Assembly (NCBI GenBank): GCA_051655155.1
Contig: JBOFZL010000051.1
Coordinates: 18,637-82,636 of the forward strand
From: Filifactoraceae bacterium
GTDB taxonomy: Bacteria > Bacillota > Clostridia > Peptostreptococcales > Filifactoraceae
Length of the DNA stretch: 64,000 nucleotides
Direction of reading: 5' to 3'
Both the position numbers and the translations under genes were made by a program. The notes beneath the pieces were generated by a model that saw only the letters and a list, made by a program, of their open reading frames with translations, ran no database searches and was not told the DNA's origin. Positions 29,234-38,185 of this stretch are shown one piece after another. Every line of letters begins with the position of its first letter. Positions within the stretch are counted from its first letter, which is position 1.

Positions 29234-29429
29234 ACCATAATAATATAAAAAATTAAAGTGGTAATTTTAAAAGTCTATATATTACAAAAAAAGTTAAAAA
29301 GAAGGAGGAAGGTTTAAAGTCATATATTTAAAGACTTTTAAATTATTAGAAAGTTTTTAAAAGAGATATCTAGACTTTGATTTGTATTAATATAGGTGAA
29401 GTTAATATTGAGTAAGGAGGTGTCACTTT

Positions 29430-29630
29430 ATGAAAACCAGAAAACTCACTCCTCGCGGAATAGAAATAAAAAAAGCTTTAATAGACAAAGGTATGACGCA
29501 AGTTCAACTTGCAGAAGCATTAGGAACAGATCCTAAATATTTAAACCTTATAATCCATGGAGAAAGATCGGGGAAGCAATATCTGGAAAGAATAAATACT
29601 CTATTAGGCTTGGAACAGGAAAGATTGTAA
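29430..29630 (+). CDS. small Cro-like HTH DNA-binding protein (66 aa)
   Basis: AAGGAGG RBS 8 nt upstream. KGMTQVQLAEALGTDPKYLNLIIHGER is an HTH. Divergent from the XRE gene. Confidence 0.75.
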   Translation: MKTRKLTPRGIEIKKALIDKGMTQVQLAEALGTDPKYLNLIIHGERSGKQYLERINTLLGLEQERL

Positions 29631-29912
29631 AGAGATCTATATTAGATTAAAGGGGAAAATGAACAGTTATCATTTTTGATTTTTAGCATATATCAGTACA
29701 ATGACATTTATAAAAGGTTGTATGTTCTTGAGGAACTGAGTATGGTTTACGAACTAAGTAGAAATTATTTATAGGCGTATATATTAGAGTTAACTCATTA
29801 TAAAAATTTTATTCAGCTAGTATAAATACTAGAGGTAATTTAGTAATGTCGATATATAAAACTAAAAAAGAGTAGCTGGTATCTATTAGTAATTAAAGCA
29901 AAGACTAAGTAT

Positions 29913-29943
29913 GTGTATAAAATAGAATATAGATTTTATACAC
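29913..29943. promoter_or_regulatory. 11-bp perfect inverted repeat in the adhesin 5' leader
   Basis: GTGTATAAAAT (29913-29923), a 9-nt spacer, then ATTTTATACAC (29933-29943). It ends 41 nt before the adhesin ATG. Confidence 0.45.
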
Positions 29944-29984
29944 AAGTTTATTTAAGAGAGTTGCAAATTGAGAAAGGACAAAAA

Positions 29985-32900
29985 ATGAAAGAACATAATT
30001 ATAGTGAAAAAAGAAAAAACTTATTAAGATCTAAATTTAGTACACGAATACTGGCAGGAGTACTGTCAGTAGCTATGTTTTTAGGAGTATTACCAATAAA
30101 CATTTTTTCTATGGATGAAGTAAAAGAGGTAGTTACTGGAGTATCAGTAGATAAAACTGAATATAATGTAAAAGTAGGAACTGGTGTTAATGAAATAGGA
30201 TTGCCTAAAGAATTGTCAGTAACTATAAGTTTAGAAGGAAAAGAAGAGGGAAATGAACCTGTAAAAATAGAGAAAAACTTAGAGGTGTTATGGGAAGGAA
30301 CGTATGATGGAAATGTGGCAGGAGTATATTCTCTTACATCTAAGTTTACCAATGATATAATACTAGCAGATTCTGTAACAATGCCGGTAGTAAACGTAAA
30401 GGTAGTAACAGAAGAGTTAAATGGAAGTGTTGGCAATGAAGCAGGAGAGACACCACAAGCTGAAGAAAAACCACTTACACAAGAGGCACAAGACTTTATT
30501 AATGGGGTAAATAAGTTAAATAAGGAAAAGGTGTTAGCAGATGTAAGTAGCTTCTTAGCAGATAAGAGCAATGAAGTATTAAAAGCTAGTATATTAGAAG
30601 TTATGACACAAGTTAAGGCAGCGGATGAAAAGTATAAAAGCTTATTAAAAGAAGAGCAACTTTCTACAAAGGTAGTAGAAGCATATACCAGTTTATCAGA
30701 ACTATATCAGGCTATATTACCTATAGTAAATGAAGCCACAGTAGTTATAAAAGATGAAGAATATGACTTTGAAATTAGTGGAAGTAATTCACTTTTTAGG
30801 GCAAATGATGTAGTTAACTTTTTAGAAGGAATAGGATTAAACATAAAGAAAAAAGATGGAACACAGGCAACGGAAGCGGAACTTAAAAATTATGAGCTAA
30901 GAATTAAATCAGTTACAAGTTCAGATGGAAGTTATATATGGAAAGAGGGAGAAACTAGTACTATTGGAGGAGCTTCTCTTAATCTAGAGTATGTTACAAA
31001 TTTTGGGGTATGGAACGTTAAGGAAAATAATTGGGTAGCAAATGTAGAAAAGTCATATAAGAAGTTAAGGCTTAGCCTAAGAAGTTTAATCTTAGATATG
31101 TTAGATAAAGATGACCAATATATAAATGCAGCTACAGTTAAAGAGTATGTAACAGGAACAGCACCTTTTGATGCTGATGATATTCCAGGAAATGACTCAG
31201 GATCAACAAATGATACAGTCAGAACCTTTGATACAATTGGATATACCTTGAATATTGGGAGTCAAGGTTATACAAATAATTCATTTTATAAAAATGGTTA
31301 TGTAGGATTTAAGATGGTGTTACCATTATCGAAAAGTGAAGCAGAATTTGATATAGGTACTATGGGATGGTTAGTAAGGGGTACTAAAACAGACTATGAC
31401 TACAAGCTAACATACGAAACTATAGATGGAAAAGAATGTCAGATTCTTACAGGATATAGGTATTTAGATGCTGAAAAAATGGGAGTTGCAAATACCTTTC
31501 CTATATCAAGTTTAGAAGTGAATGTGGCTATAAAAGTTAAGGCAATGAAGAATGGAGATGAAGTTAAGCCGGATATATACACATGGTGTGACAAGAATGA
31601 TGTAAAGTTTTATGAAACTGATTATATTTGTCAAAATCAAGCTGAGCATGGGAAGGCGCCTAATGGTGGAAAAGAATTAGTAAAGATAGATATAAAACCA
31701 ATTAAAGTTACAGCAGCACCTAGGTACAATGTGTTTCTTCAACAATGTTCAACTGATTATGTAGATGGAGTAGATAACTTTGATTTTAGTACAGGCAACG
31801 ATTTAGCGCTAAATAAGGATAAGGGGAGTGTATATGGAAGAATATCAGCTTATGGACTTACCTTACAATTGCACAATAATGCTACAAACAAAGGTTTAAG
31901 AGGGATAGAAGTTCCTGATGGAAGCCCGATTACCTTTGATTTAACCTTTGGTGAGCAGTTTAAGCCAGATTCAGCTAGTGCAATACCAATGGATTTAAAG
32001 GGTACAGATAGTAAGTATACTCCTTTGGTATGGAGTTATGAAGGGCATAGCAATGCTGATAAGCAAGCAGATGAAAGGGATGTAGTAAAGTATGGATACA
32101 ACTATTTACCAGGATTATCTGTCTTTAATAATGGAGGTGGAAATATTACTACTAAGTTAGATCCAACACAAGGTAGTAATAAGGTTGCTGATGGAGGAAA
32201 GTGGACAGTTAACCAAAATGGAGATAAGTTGTCATTCACAGTAAGTGACTATAAAATTAACACAGACTACTTTCCAAATTCAACACCTGGAAGAGTTCCA
32301 AATAGGACCGATGTTTATTTTAAGTTACAGGATGGAATAGAAAGTACCTATATAGGGTGTTTTTCAGGAGCTGAGGTTTATGTTGTAGTACCTTTTGGGG
32401 GAGATGGGGATGTAAACCACCCAGATTATTTAGCGACAAAATATGGAAAAGGAACAATACAGTTGACTGTAAAAGATACTAATCTTAAGGCTACTTCTAT
32501 TTCAGGGCAAGCTTTAAATACTGTGGTAGATAATGGAAATCAAGTTGTTAAAGATGATGACTCTAAAACAAGTATATATTATTTATCTAAACCTGGAAGC
32601 TATGAAAATAGGGTACAGTATAGTAGCTCAACTGGAACGGATCTATCAGATATTCATAACAAGTTGGAAAATTATGAAAATGGGAAAGATACTGTAAGTA
32701 TAGGTCAAGGTATTACTATTAAATGGGGAGGTTTCCTTCGTACTAATGGAGAGTTAAGAAATGGTTTAAAAGGTATGAACAGTCTTATGAAGTTTGACGA
32801 TAAGGCGGTAGAAATATCAGGAAATCCAAATCTAATGGGATATAATAAACCAGATCCAAATGGAAAGGCAACCTTTATATATGGAGCTAAAAAAGATGGA

Positions 32901-35900
32901 ACTGGATGGGCAAGTTTTAAAGAGATGCATGATGCAAAAGAGGAAGATCTTATTTATTTTGAGAGTTTAGAAGCTTTAAAAGCTCAAGGATCTATCTGTG
33001 TAGGAGTATTAATGGAATATCGTAGTGATACAGGTCAGATAACTAACACATACGCATTAGGAAGACTCCCAATAACTATTAAAAATGACTATAGCCTAGC
33101 TGGATATGTGGCTCCTGTAATGGAGAGAACTACCCTTTGGACAGGTATAGGGTTTGCTGAAGATGGAAATAGAATTCCTAAAAGATTAGATGTGCAAGCT
33201 GGAAATGCATCTATGCCAGGAAAACCTATGGTTAAGGACTTTACAAGTGGCGAATATATTAAAGCAACCTATGATAATGATGGGAACTATACAGGGGGAC
33301 ATACAGGAACTTCTAATCTTGGAGATAGCGTATATATAGTGCCATACAAGGCAGGTATAAGTAAGTTTGTGTTGCAAAAAAATAACGATGGGACGACAAA
33401 AAATATTTTTAATTTGGATGATGCACAAGAACAAGTAGATTTCAAGTTGGATATGACACTAAAGCAACCAATAGAAACAACTGAAAAAAAGACTACCACA
33501 GTTACAATTGTAGATATCTTACCTTCAGGAACGACATATAACAATGATGCAGTTTTAGGAGGAGAGTTTAAATTAGATAATCCTAAAGGAAAAGGTTATA
33601 AGGGCAGTGTAATAGGAGGAACAGCAGTAGGAGGAAAAGACGATCAGGGGATAGAGTTTGAAGCTGCAACTTCAGGGATTGATGACAAAGGAAATAGTAT
33701 AGTAACCTTTGTGTTTAACAATGTACCAATAGGAACAAAAAGTTTACCAAGTATCTATTACTCAGTAAAAATAAACGGAGCAGCAGCAAAAAATGGACAG
33801 CAGTATAAGAATAGTGCAACAATAAGAACAACAGAAGATAATAGAATTAAAAACCTTACAAATGGGAACTATACTGAAGTTGGTTTTAGTGTAGCAAAAA
33901 ATTCAAGTACGTCTATAAATAAAGTAGCAAAAAACTTGTATGTAGACTATGGGGAAAATATGGAATTTACGCTAACGTGGTTGAATTCAGGTCAAAACGA
34001 TGTTTCTGGAAGCCCAATGATGGATACTATGCCTGCAAATGGAGATGAAAACGGAAGCAAGTTCTCAGGAGGATACACACTTGAAAGCATAAAACTTATT
34101 AATAATAATGGCGCAACGTCAGATTTTTCAGGACTTGAAGTTTGGTATACAACAGACATAAACAACATAGGAAAATATGCTAAAGACTTTAATGATTCTA
34201 GTATTAGAGGAAAATGGAATAAGACGACTGTAGACTCCAATGGAAATGTAATTGGAGTACCGAAAAATGGAGTGATTTCTTGGTGTATATTAGGTACAAT
34301 AAAATCAACCAAAATGATACAGGCTTCTTGTGTGATAAGACCACAAGGAGGAAGTTCGGGAGATAGCTATGTTAATTCAATATCATTAAACGATTCAAAG
34401 GGTATAGCTGTATCTCATATTGTAAGCAGGAAATTATCAGGATTAACATGGTTAGATTCCAATAAAGATGGTCAAAGACAAGATGATGAAAAAAGAATAT
34501 CAGGAATAACAGCAAAACTAGTAACAAAAGTTGATTATGAGGCAAATGGAGGAAAGGCAAAAGGAATAACAAATCTTTCGGGAAGCCTATGTGAAATGCA
34601 AACCAATGCGTTAGGGAACTATGAATTTGTAGATCTACCGGCAGGAGAATTTGTGGTAGTTTTCTTAGATGGAAGTACAGTTCTAGGTGAATACACAATG
34701 ACAAAAACAAAAGCGTCGGGAGTAAGCAACAAAGTGGATAGTGATGCTGTAGAAGTATTAGAAGAAGGACTACTAAAAAGCGGATATATTAAAGACATAA
34801 AGATGCCAGAGGCAAAGGATATAAAATCAAGTCCTTATGTAATTGGAAATCTAGATGCAGGATTATATCAAGTAGGAACAAAGTTTGAAATAACTAAAAC
34901 AGACAACGAGGGTAAAGTACTTCCAGAAGCAGAGTTTAAATTATATAATATAACTTGTAGCGAGACCCATGAGCATACAGATAATTGTTACACTGCAATA
35001 AAAGAAGGTGTAGAAGATAAAGTATGGATAAGTGATGTAGCTGGATATGTAAACTTTGGAGAATTATATAATGGGGTATATAAACTTGTGGAAATAAAAG
35101 CACCAAAAGGATACGAGACACCACAAGGATATTGGAAGATAATAGTAGATAACAAGAAAAAGGATAAGGCAATCGAAATAGCATCAGAAGGAAAAGTACC
35201 ATCATTTACTAAAAATGGAGGAAAATATTCTTTAGCAAATAATAAGGAAGAATTGATAACAGTAGAAGGTAAAAAAATATGGGAAGACAAAAATAACCAA
35301 GATGGAAAAAGACCATTATCTATTATAGTAAACTTATTATTAAATGGAAAAGTAATAGATACAAAGACAGTAACTGAAGCTGATGGTTGGAATTGGAAAT
35401 TTACAGATCTTAAAAAGTATGAATATGGAATAGAAAATATTTATACAGTAAAAGAAGAAAAAGTAGAGGGATATCAAACTAAAGTAAATGGATATGACAT
35501 AACCAATAGCTACACACCAGGGAAGACAAGTGTAAATGTAGTGAAATCTTGGGAAGATGAAAATGACAAAGAAAAAATAAGACCAACTGAAGTAACAATA
35601 AAACTATTATCAGATGGAGTGGATACAGGAAAGCAGATAGTTTTAAGCAAAACAAACAATTGGACAGATTCATTTGTAGATTTAGATGAATACAAAAATG
35701 GAGTAAAAATAGAATATACAATAACAGAAGTAGAAGTATCAGGTTATAAAGCAGAAATAACAGGTGATAAAGTGAATGGATTTACAGTAGTAAACACTCA
35801 TAAACCAACTGGTGGTGGAGGTGGAGTAGATCCTACGAAAGAGCCTGCAAAAATCACTTTAAAAGCAGAAAAGACTTTGGATAATGTGGTAGCAAAAGGA

Positions 35901-36737
35901 AGTGAGTATAACTTTGTACTAAAAGATAATAGTGGTAATGTAATACAAACAAAGAAAAACGTTGATGGAAATATTGCATTTGACAAGCTTACATTCGATA
36001 AAGAAGGAAGCTATGTATATACTATAAACGAGGTAGTAGGAAGCGATAAAGAAATAGAATATGATACAACAACATACAAGGCAATTATTCAGGTGAAGCT
36101 GTCAGGAAATACCTATGTGGGAGAAGTATCATATGAAAAAGATGGAAAAGCTTACGAAGGAGTACCCGTATTTAAGAATACAAAGAAGTCAGAAGCAAGT
36201 GATAAAATATCAGTAACTGTAAACAAAGTATGGGATGACAACAATAGCAATAGTCGACCAAAAGAAGTAAAAGTACAGCTTTACAAGAATGGAGAAAAAT
36301 ATGGAAATGTGGTAATACTAGATTTAGAACATGGATGGAAACATACATGGAAGAATCTAGAAAAGGAAGCTAGATGGATGGTAAAAGAGGTTGAGGTAGT
36401 AGAGAAATATGTAGCAAGTGTTACAGAAAGTGGTAATGTATGGACTATTGTTAACAAGCTTAATAGTGAGCCAACAAACCCAACTAATCCAACAAACCCA
36501 ACAAATCCAACTGACCCAATGGTTCCAACAAATCCAGATCAGCCTAAGGATTCTAGTAATCTGGACAACAGCAATGTTAAGTTGGATATAAATAATGCAG
36601 GTAATGGAGAGTTAGATAATAATATTCCAAGAACAGGAGACGACTCACATCTTGCGTTGTGGACAATTATTATGATGGGTTCACTTTTAGGTATGCTAGC
36701 ATTAGTTGCTTTAAGAAAAAAATTAAAGGTTAAATAA
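29985..36737 (+). CDS. giant (2250 aa) cell-wall-anchored surface adhesin with SdrD-B-like, SpaA/prealbumin-fold, CnaB and pilin-isopeptide domains and an IPRTG sorting signal
   Basis: Start at MKEHNYSEKRKNLLRSKFSTRILAGVLSVAMFLGVLP (signal peptide, RBS GAGAAAGGA). DUF11-like VTIVDILPSGTTYNNDA at about 33500. SdrD-B-like LSGLTWLDSNKDGQRQDDE at about 34430-34860. SpaA-fold FEITKTDNEGKVLPEAEFKLY...YKLVEIKAPKGY at about 34880-35150. CnaB repeats (KIWEDKNNQDGKRP; KSWEDENDKEKIRP; KVWDDNNSNSRPKEV) at about 35250-35800 and 36200-36460. Pilin isopeptide-type domain at about 35850-36190. PTNPTN linker. IPRTG (36624-36638) plus a hydrophobic helix and the RKKLKVK tail. Confidence 0.9.
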   Translation: MKEHNYSEKRKNLLRSKFSTRILAGVLSVAMFLGVLPINIFSMDEVKEVVTGVSVDKTEYNVKVGTGVNEIGLPKELSVTISLEGKEEGNEPVKIEKNLEVLWEGTYDGNVAGVYSLTSKFTNDIILADSVTMPVVNVKVVTEELNGSVGNEAGETPQAEEKPLTQEAQDFINGVNKLNKEKVLADVSSFLADKSNEVLKASILEVMTQVKAADEKYKSLLKEEQLSTKVVEAYTSLSELYQAILPIVNEATVVIKDEEYDFEISGSNSLFRANDVVNFLEGIGLNIKKKDGTQATEAELKNYELRIKSVTSSDGSYIWKEGETSTIGGASLNLEYVTNFGVWNVKENNWVANVEKSYKKLRLSLRSLILDMLDKDDQYINAATVKEYVTGTAPFDADDIPGNDSGSTNDTVRTFDTIGYTLNIGSQGYTNNSFYKNGYVGFKMVLPLSKSEAEFDIGTMGWLVRGTKTDYDYKLTYETIDGKECQILTGYRYLDAEKMGVANTFPISSLEVNVAIKVKAMKNGDEVKPDIYTWCDKNDVKFYETDYICQNQAEHGKAPNGGKELVKIDIKPIKVTAAPRYNVFLQQCSTDYVDGVDNFDFSTGNDLALNKDKGSVYGRISAYGLTLQLHNNATNKGLRGIEVPDGSPITFDLTFGEQFKPDSASAIPMDLKGTDSKYTPLVWSYEGHSNADKQADERDVVKYGYNYLPGLSVFNNGGGNITTKLDPTQGSNKVADGGKWTVNQNGDKLSFTVSDYKINTDYFPNSTPGRVPNRTDVYFKLQDGIESTYIGCFSGAEVYVVVPFGGDGDVNHPDYLATKYGKGTIQLTVKDTNLKATSISGQALNTVVDNGNQVVKDDDSKTSIYYLSKPGSYENRVQYSSSTGTDLSDIHNKLENYENGKDTVSIGQGITIKWGGFLRTNGELRNGLKGMNSLMKFDDKAVEISGNPNLMGYNKPDPNGKATFIYGAKKDGTGWASFKEMHDAKEEDLIYFESLEALKAQGSICVGVLMEYRSDTGQITNTYALGRLPITIKNDYSLAGYVAPVMERTTLWTGIGFAEDGNRIPKRLDVQAGNASMPGKPMVKDFTSGEYIKATYDNDGNYTGGHTGTSNLGDSVYIVPYKAGISKFVLQKNNDGTTKNIFNLDDAQEQVDFKLDMTLKQPIETTEKKTTTVTIVDILPSGTTYNNDAVLGGEFKLDNPKGKGYKGSVIGGTAVGGKDDQGIEFEAATSGIDDKGNSIVTFVFNNVPIGTKSLPSIYYSVKINGAAAKNGQQYKNSATIRTTEDNRIKNLTNGNYTEVGFSVAKNSSTSINKVAKNLYVDYGENMEFTLTWLNSGQNDVSGSPMMDTMPANGDENGSKFSGGYTLESIKLINNNGATSDFSGLEVWYTTDINNIGKYAKDFNDSSIRGKWNKTTVDSNGNVIGVPKNGVISWCILGTIKSTKMIQASCVIRPQGGSSGDSYVNSISLNDSKGIAVSHIVSRKLSGLTWLDSNKDGQRQDDEKRISGITAKLVTKVDYEANGGKAKGITNLSGSLCEMQTNALGNYEFVDLPAGEFVVVFLDGSTVLGEYTMTKTKASGVSNKVDSDAVEVLEEGLLKSGYIKDIKMPEAKDIKSSPYVIGNLDAGLYQVGTKFEITKTDNEGKVLPEAEFKLYNITCSETHEHTDNCYTAIKEGVEDKVWISDVAGYVNFGELYNGVYKLVEIKAPKGYETPQGYWKIIVDNKKKDKAIEIASEGKVPSFTKNGGKYSLANNKEELITVEGKKIWEDKNNQDGKRPLSIIVNLLLNGKVIDTKTVTEADGWNWKFTDLKKYEYGIENIYTVKEEKVEGYQTKVNGYDITNSYTPGKTSVNVVKSWEDENDKEKIRPTEVTIKLLSDGVDTGKQIVLSKTNNWTDSFVDLDEYKNGVKIEYTITEVEVSGYKAEITGDKVNGFTVVNTHKPTGGGGGVDPTKEPAKITLKAEKTLDNVVAKGSEYNFVLKDNSGNVIQTKKNVDGNIAFDKLTFDKEGSYVYTINEVVGSDKEIEYDTTTYKAIIQVKLSGNTYVGEVSYEKDGKAYEGVPVFKNTKKSEASDKISVTVNKVWDDNNSNSRPKEVKVQLYKNGEKYGNVVILDLEHGWKHTWKNLEKEARWMVKEVEVVEKYVASVTESGNVWTIVNKLNSEPTNPTNPTNPTNPTDPMVPTNPDQPKDSSNLDNSNVKLDINNAGNGELDNNIPRTGDDSHLALWTIIMMGSLLGMLALVALRKKLKVK
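36471..36533 (+). repeat. imperfect 9-bp tandem repeat (CCAACWAAY)n encoding the (PTN)n wall-spanning linker
   Basis: ccaacaaac ccaactaat ccaacaaac ccaacaaat ccaactgac ccaatggtt ccaacaaat, read directly. Confidence 0.85.
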
Positions 36738-36761
36738 TATAGTTCTACTATATTAGACAAT

Positions 36762-36790
36762 AAAAAAATCAGCCTATGGCTGATTTTTTT
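36762..36790. terminator. bidirectional intrinsic terminator (adhesin / MATE)
   Basis: AAAAAAATCAGCC-tat-GGCTGATTTTTTT, a perfect 13-bp stem. Confidence 0.8.
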
Positions 36791-36844
36791 ATTAAACACA
36801 AAGTTTAATGAAGATGTATACTGGTTTTTTGTAGTATAGTTAAG

Positions 36845-38185
36845 TTATAGATAATCTTTCAATTTGTCAATTTCTTTTTTTGTAAAAAATAATGCTATTA
36901 TGCAAGAAACAGCATCTGATATGGCATTACTAATATATATTCCTGTTATTCCTAAATTAAATATTGTTGGTAGGGCATATAGACAAGGAATAAGAATAAT
37001 TCCATATCTTAAAAGGGATAGTATTGTTGATAGAGTAGGTTTGCCTATAGTTTGAAAATATTGGGAACTTACTATATGAAGTCCTGCAAAGGGCAACATT
37101 AGCAGATATAGTTTAATAGCTGAGCGGGTTTCTTTTATAAGATTTTGATCTTCAGTAAACAAGGATATAAGCTGATTAGGGAAAACAAAAATAATTATAT
37201 AAAATATCATTGATATACCGAAGGTTGTAATAAGGGATAATTTTAGAGATTCTCTGACACGACCGAAATTTTTAGCCCCGTAGTTATAACCACAAATTGG
37301 CTGATTTCCTTGAGTGATACCTGCTATTATCATGTGGTAAAAGCTAAATATGGAATTCATTATAGTTATTGAGGCAAGCGATGCGTCTGAACCTATAGAA
37401 AGTATAGCCTTATTTGTAAAAATGCCTACAAAAGTAGCAAATATTTGTAAGTAAAATGATGGAGAACCATTTTTCAGTATCATTAAAAGATATTCTTTAT
37501 CCCTTTTTTGCTTTGTTATTTTCAGTTTGATTGGTAGGTTTTTACCTTTTATAAATAAGTGAATTACTGTTATAGTTACATAAAGTTGAGAAATTACCGT
37601 TGCTATAGCAGCTCCTTTTATTCCAAGTTCGAAAGTGAATATAAATAGGGGATCTAATATTAAGTTTAGTATGGAGCTTAAAAGAATTATTTTCATTGAT
37701 ATACCAGATTGCCCAACAGACCTTAGGGAGCTATTAAGACAGTAGCCTGGCAAGCTGAAGACTGATCCTAATAAAAGGATTTGAATATAGTCTTTTGCAT
37801 AGGGGAATGTCTCTTTTGATACAGATAAAACATTAAATATTGGTTCTATAAATATTATGGTTATCAGGCTGAATAGTGCAAGTATCAATATAATATATTT
37901 TAGGGATATATATAATATTTTTTCTGCATCATCTTTTTTGCCTTCTCCTAATTTTATTGATATGAGAGTAGAACTGCCTATACCTATTAGAAGCATAAAT
38001 GCCATTTGTAATACTTGAATAGGCATGGTTATTCCTACTGCACTTAGGGCAAGAGTGTTTATTCTTCCCACAAACATTCTATCGACAATATTATATATGG
38101 CACTGCTTAACATTCCTATAATTGCAGGTAATGATAGTTCTAATAACAGAGAGGATACTTTTTTATTTTCTAATTTATTTTCCAT
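36845..38185 (-). CDS. MATE family efflux transporter
   Basis: 446 aa, 12 TM. The N-terminus LLELSLPAIIGMLSSAIYNIVDRMFVGR is typical of MATE/NorM-like proteins. Confidence 0.88.
   Translation of the reverse strand: MENKLENKKVSSLLLELSLPAIIGMLSSAIYNIVDRMFVGRINTLALSAVGITMPIQVLQMAFMLLIGIGSSTLISIKLGEGKKDDAEKILYISLKYIILILALFSLITIIFIEPIFNVLSVSKETFPYAKDYIQILLLGSVFSLPGYCLNSSLRSVGQSGISMKIILLSSILNLILDPLFIFTFELGIKGAAIATVISQLYVTITVIHLFIKGKNLPIKLKITKQKRDKEYLLMILKNGSPSFYLQIFATFVGIFTNKAILSIGSDASLASITIMNSIFSFYHMIIAGITQGNQPICGYNYGAKNFGRVRESLKLSLITTFGISMIFYIIIFVFPNQLISLFTEDQNLIKETRSAIKLYLLMLPFAGLHIVSSQYFQTIGKPTLSTILSLLRYGIILIPCLYALPTIFNLGITGIYISNAISDAVSCIIALFFTKKEIDKLKDYL

Noticed and set aside
29913-29984. 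The upstream extension of the adhesin ORF (MYKIEYRFYTQVYLRELQIEKGQK-).
   Set aside because: It has no RBS and overlaps the 11-bp inverted repeat. The ATG at 29985 is preceded by GAGAAAGGA and begins a proper signal peptide with a positively charged n-region.
29631-29984. A possible riboswitch (c-di-GMP class I or II, as found upstream of some clostridial adhesins) in the adhesin leader.
   Set aside because: I could not find the conserved G/C-rich cores of either class. The region is almost pure A/T apart from the 11-bp inverted repeat.
29999-30571. A 190-aa minus-strand ORF. Similar long antisense ORFs occur at 15633-16193 (+), 28789-29139 (+), 19976-20299 (+), 34372-34710 (-) and 45260-45529 (+).
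   Set aside because: All lie entirely inside well-supported genes on the opposite strand. They have low-complexity Ser/Leu/Phe/Ile-rich translations typical of antisense frames in AT-rich DNA, and they lack an RBS.
28505-36845. Calling the XRE-Cro-adhesin block a mobile element, prophage remnant or ICE.
   Set aside because: No integrase, recombinase, relaxase or transposase is present. There is no tRNA or other typical att target. I saw no flanking direct repeats when comparing 28505-28690 with 36738-36845.
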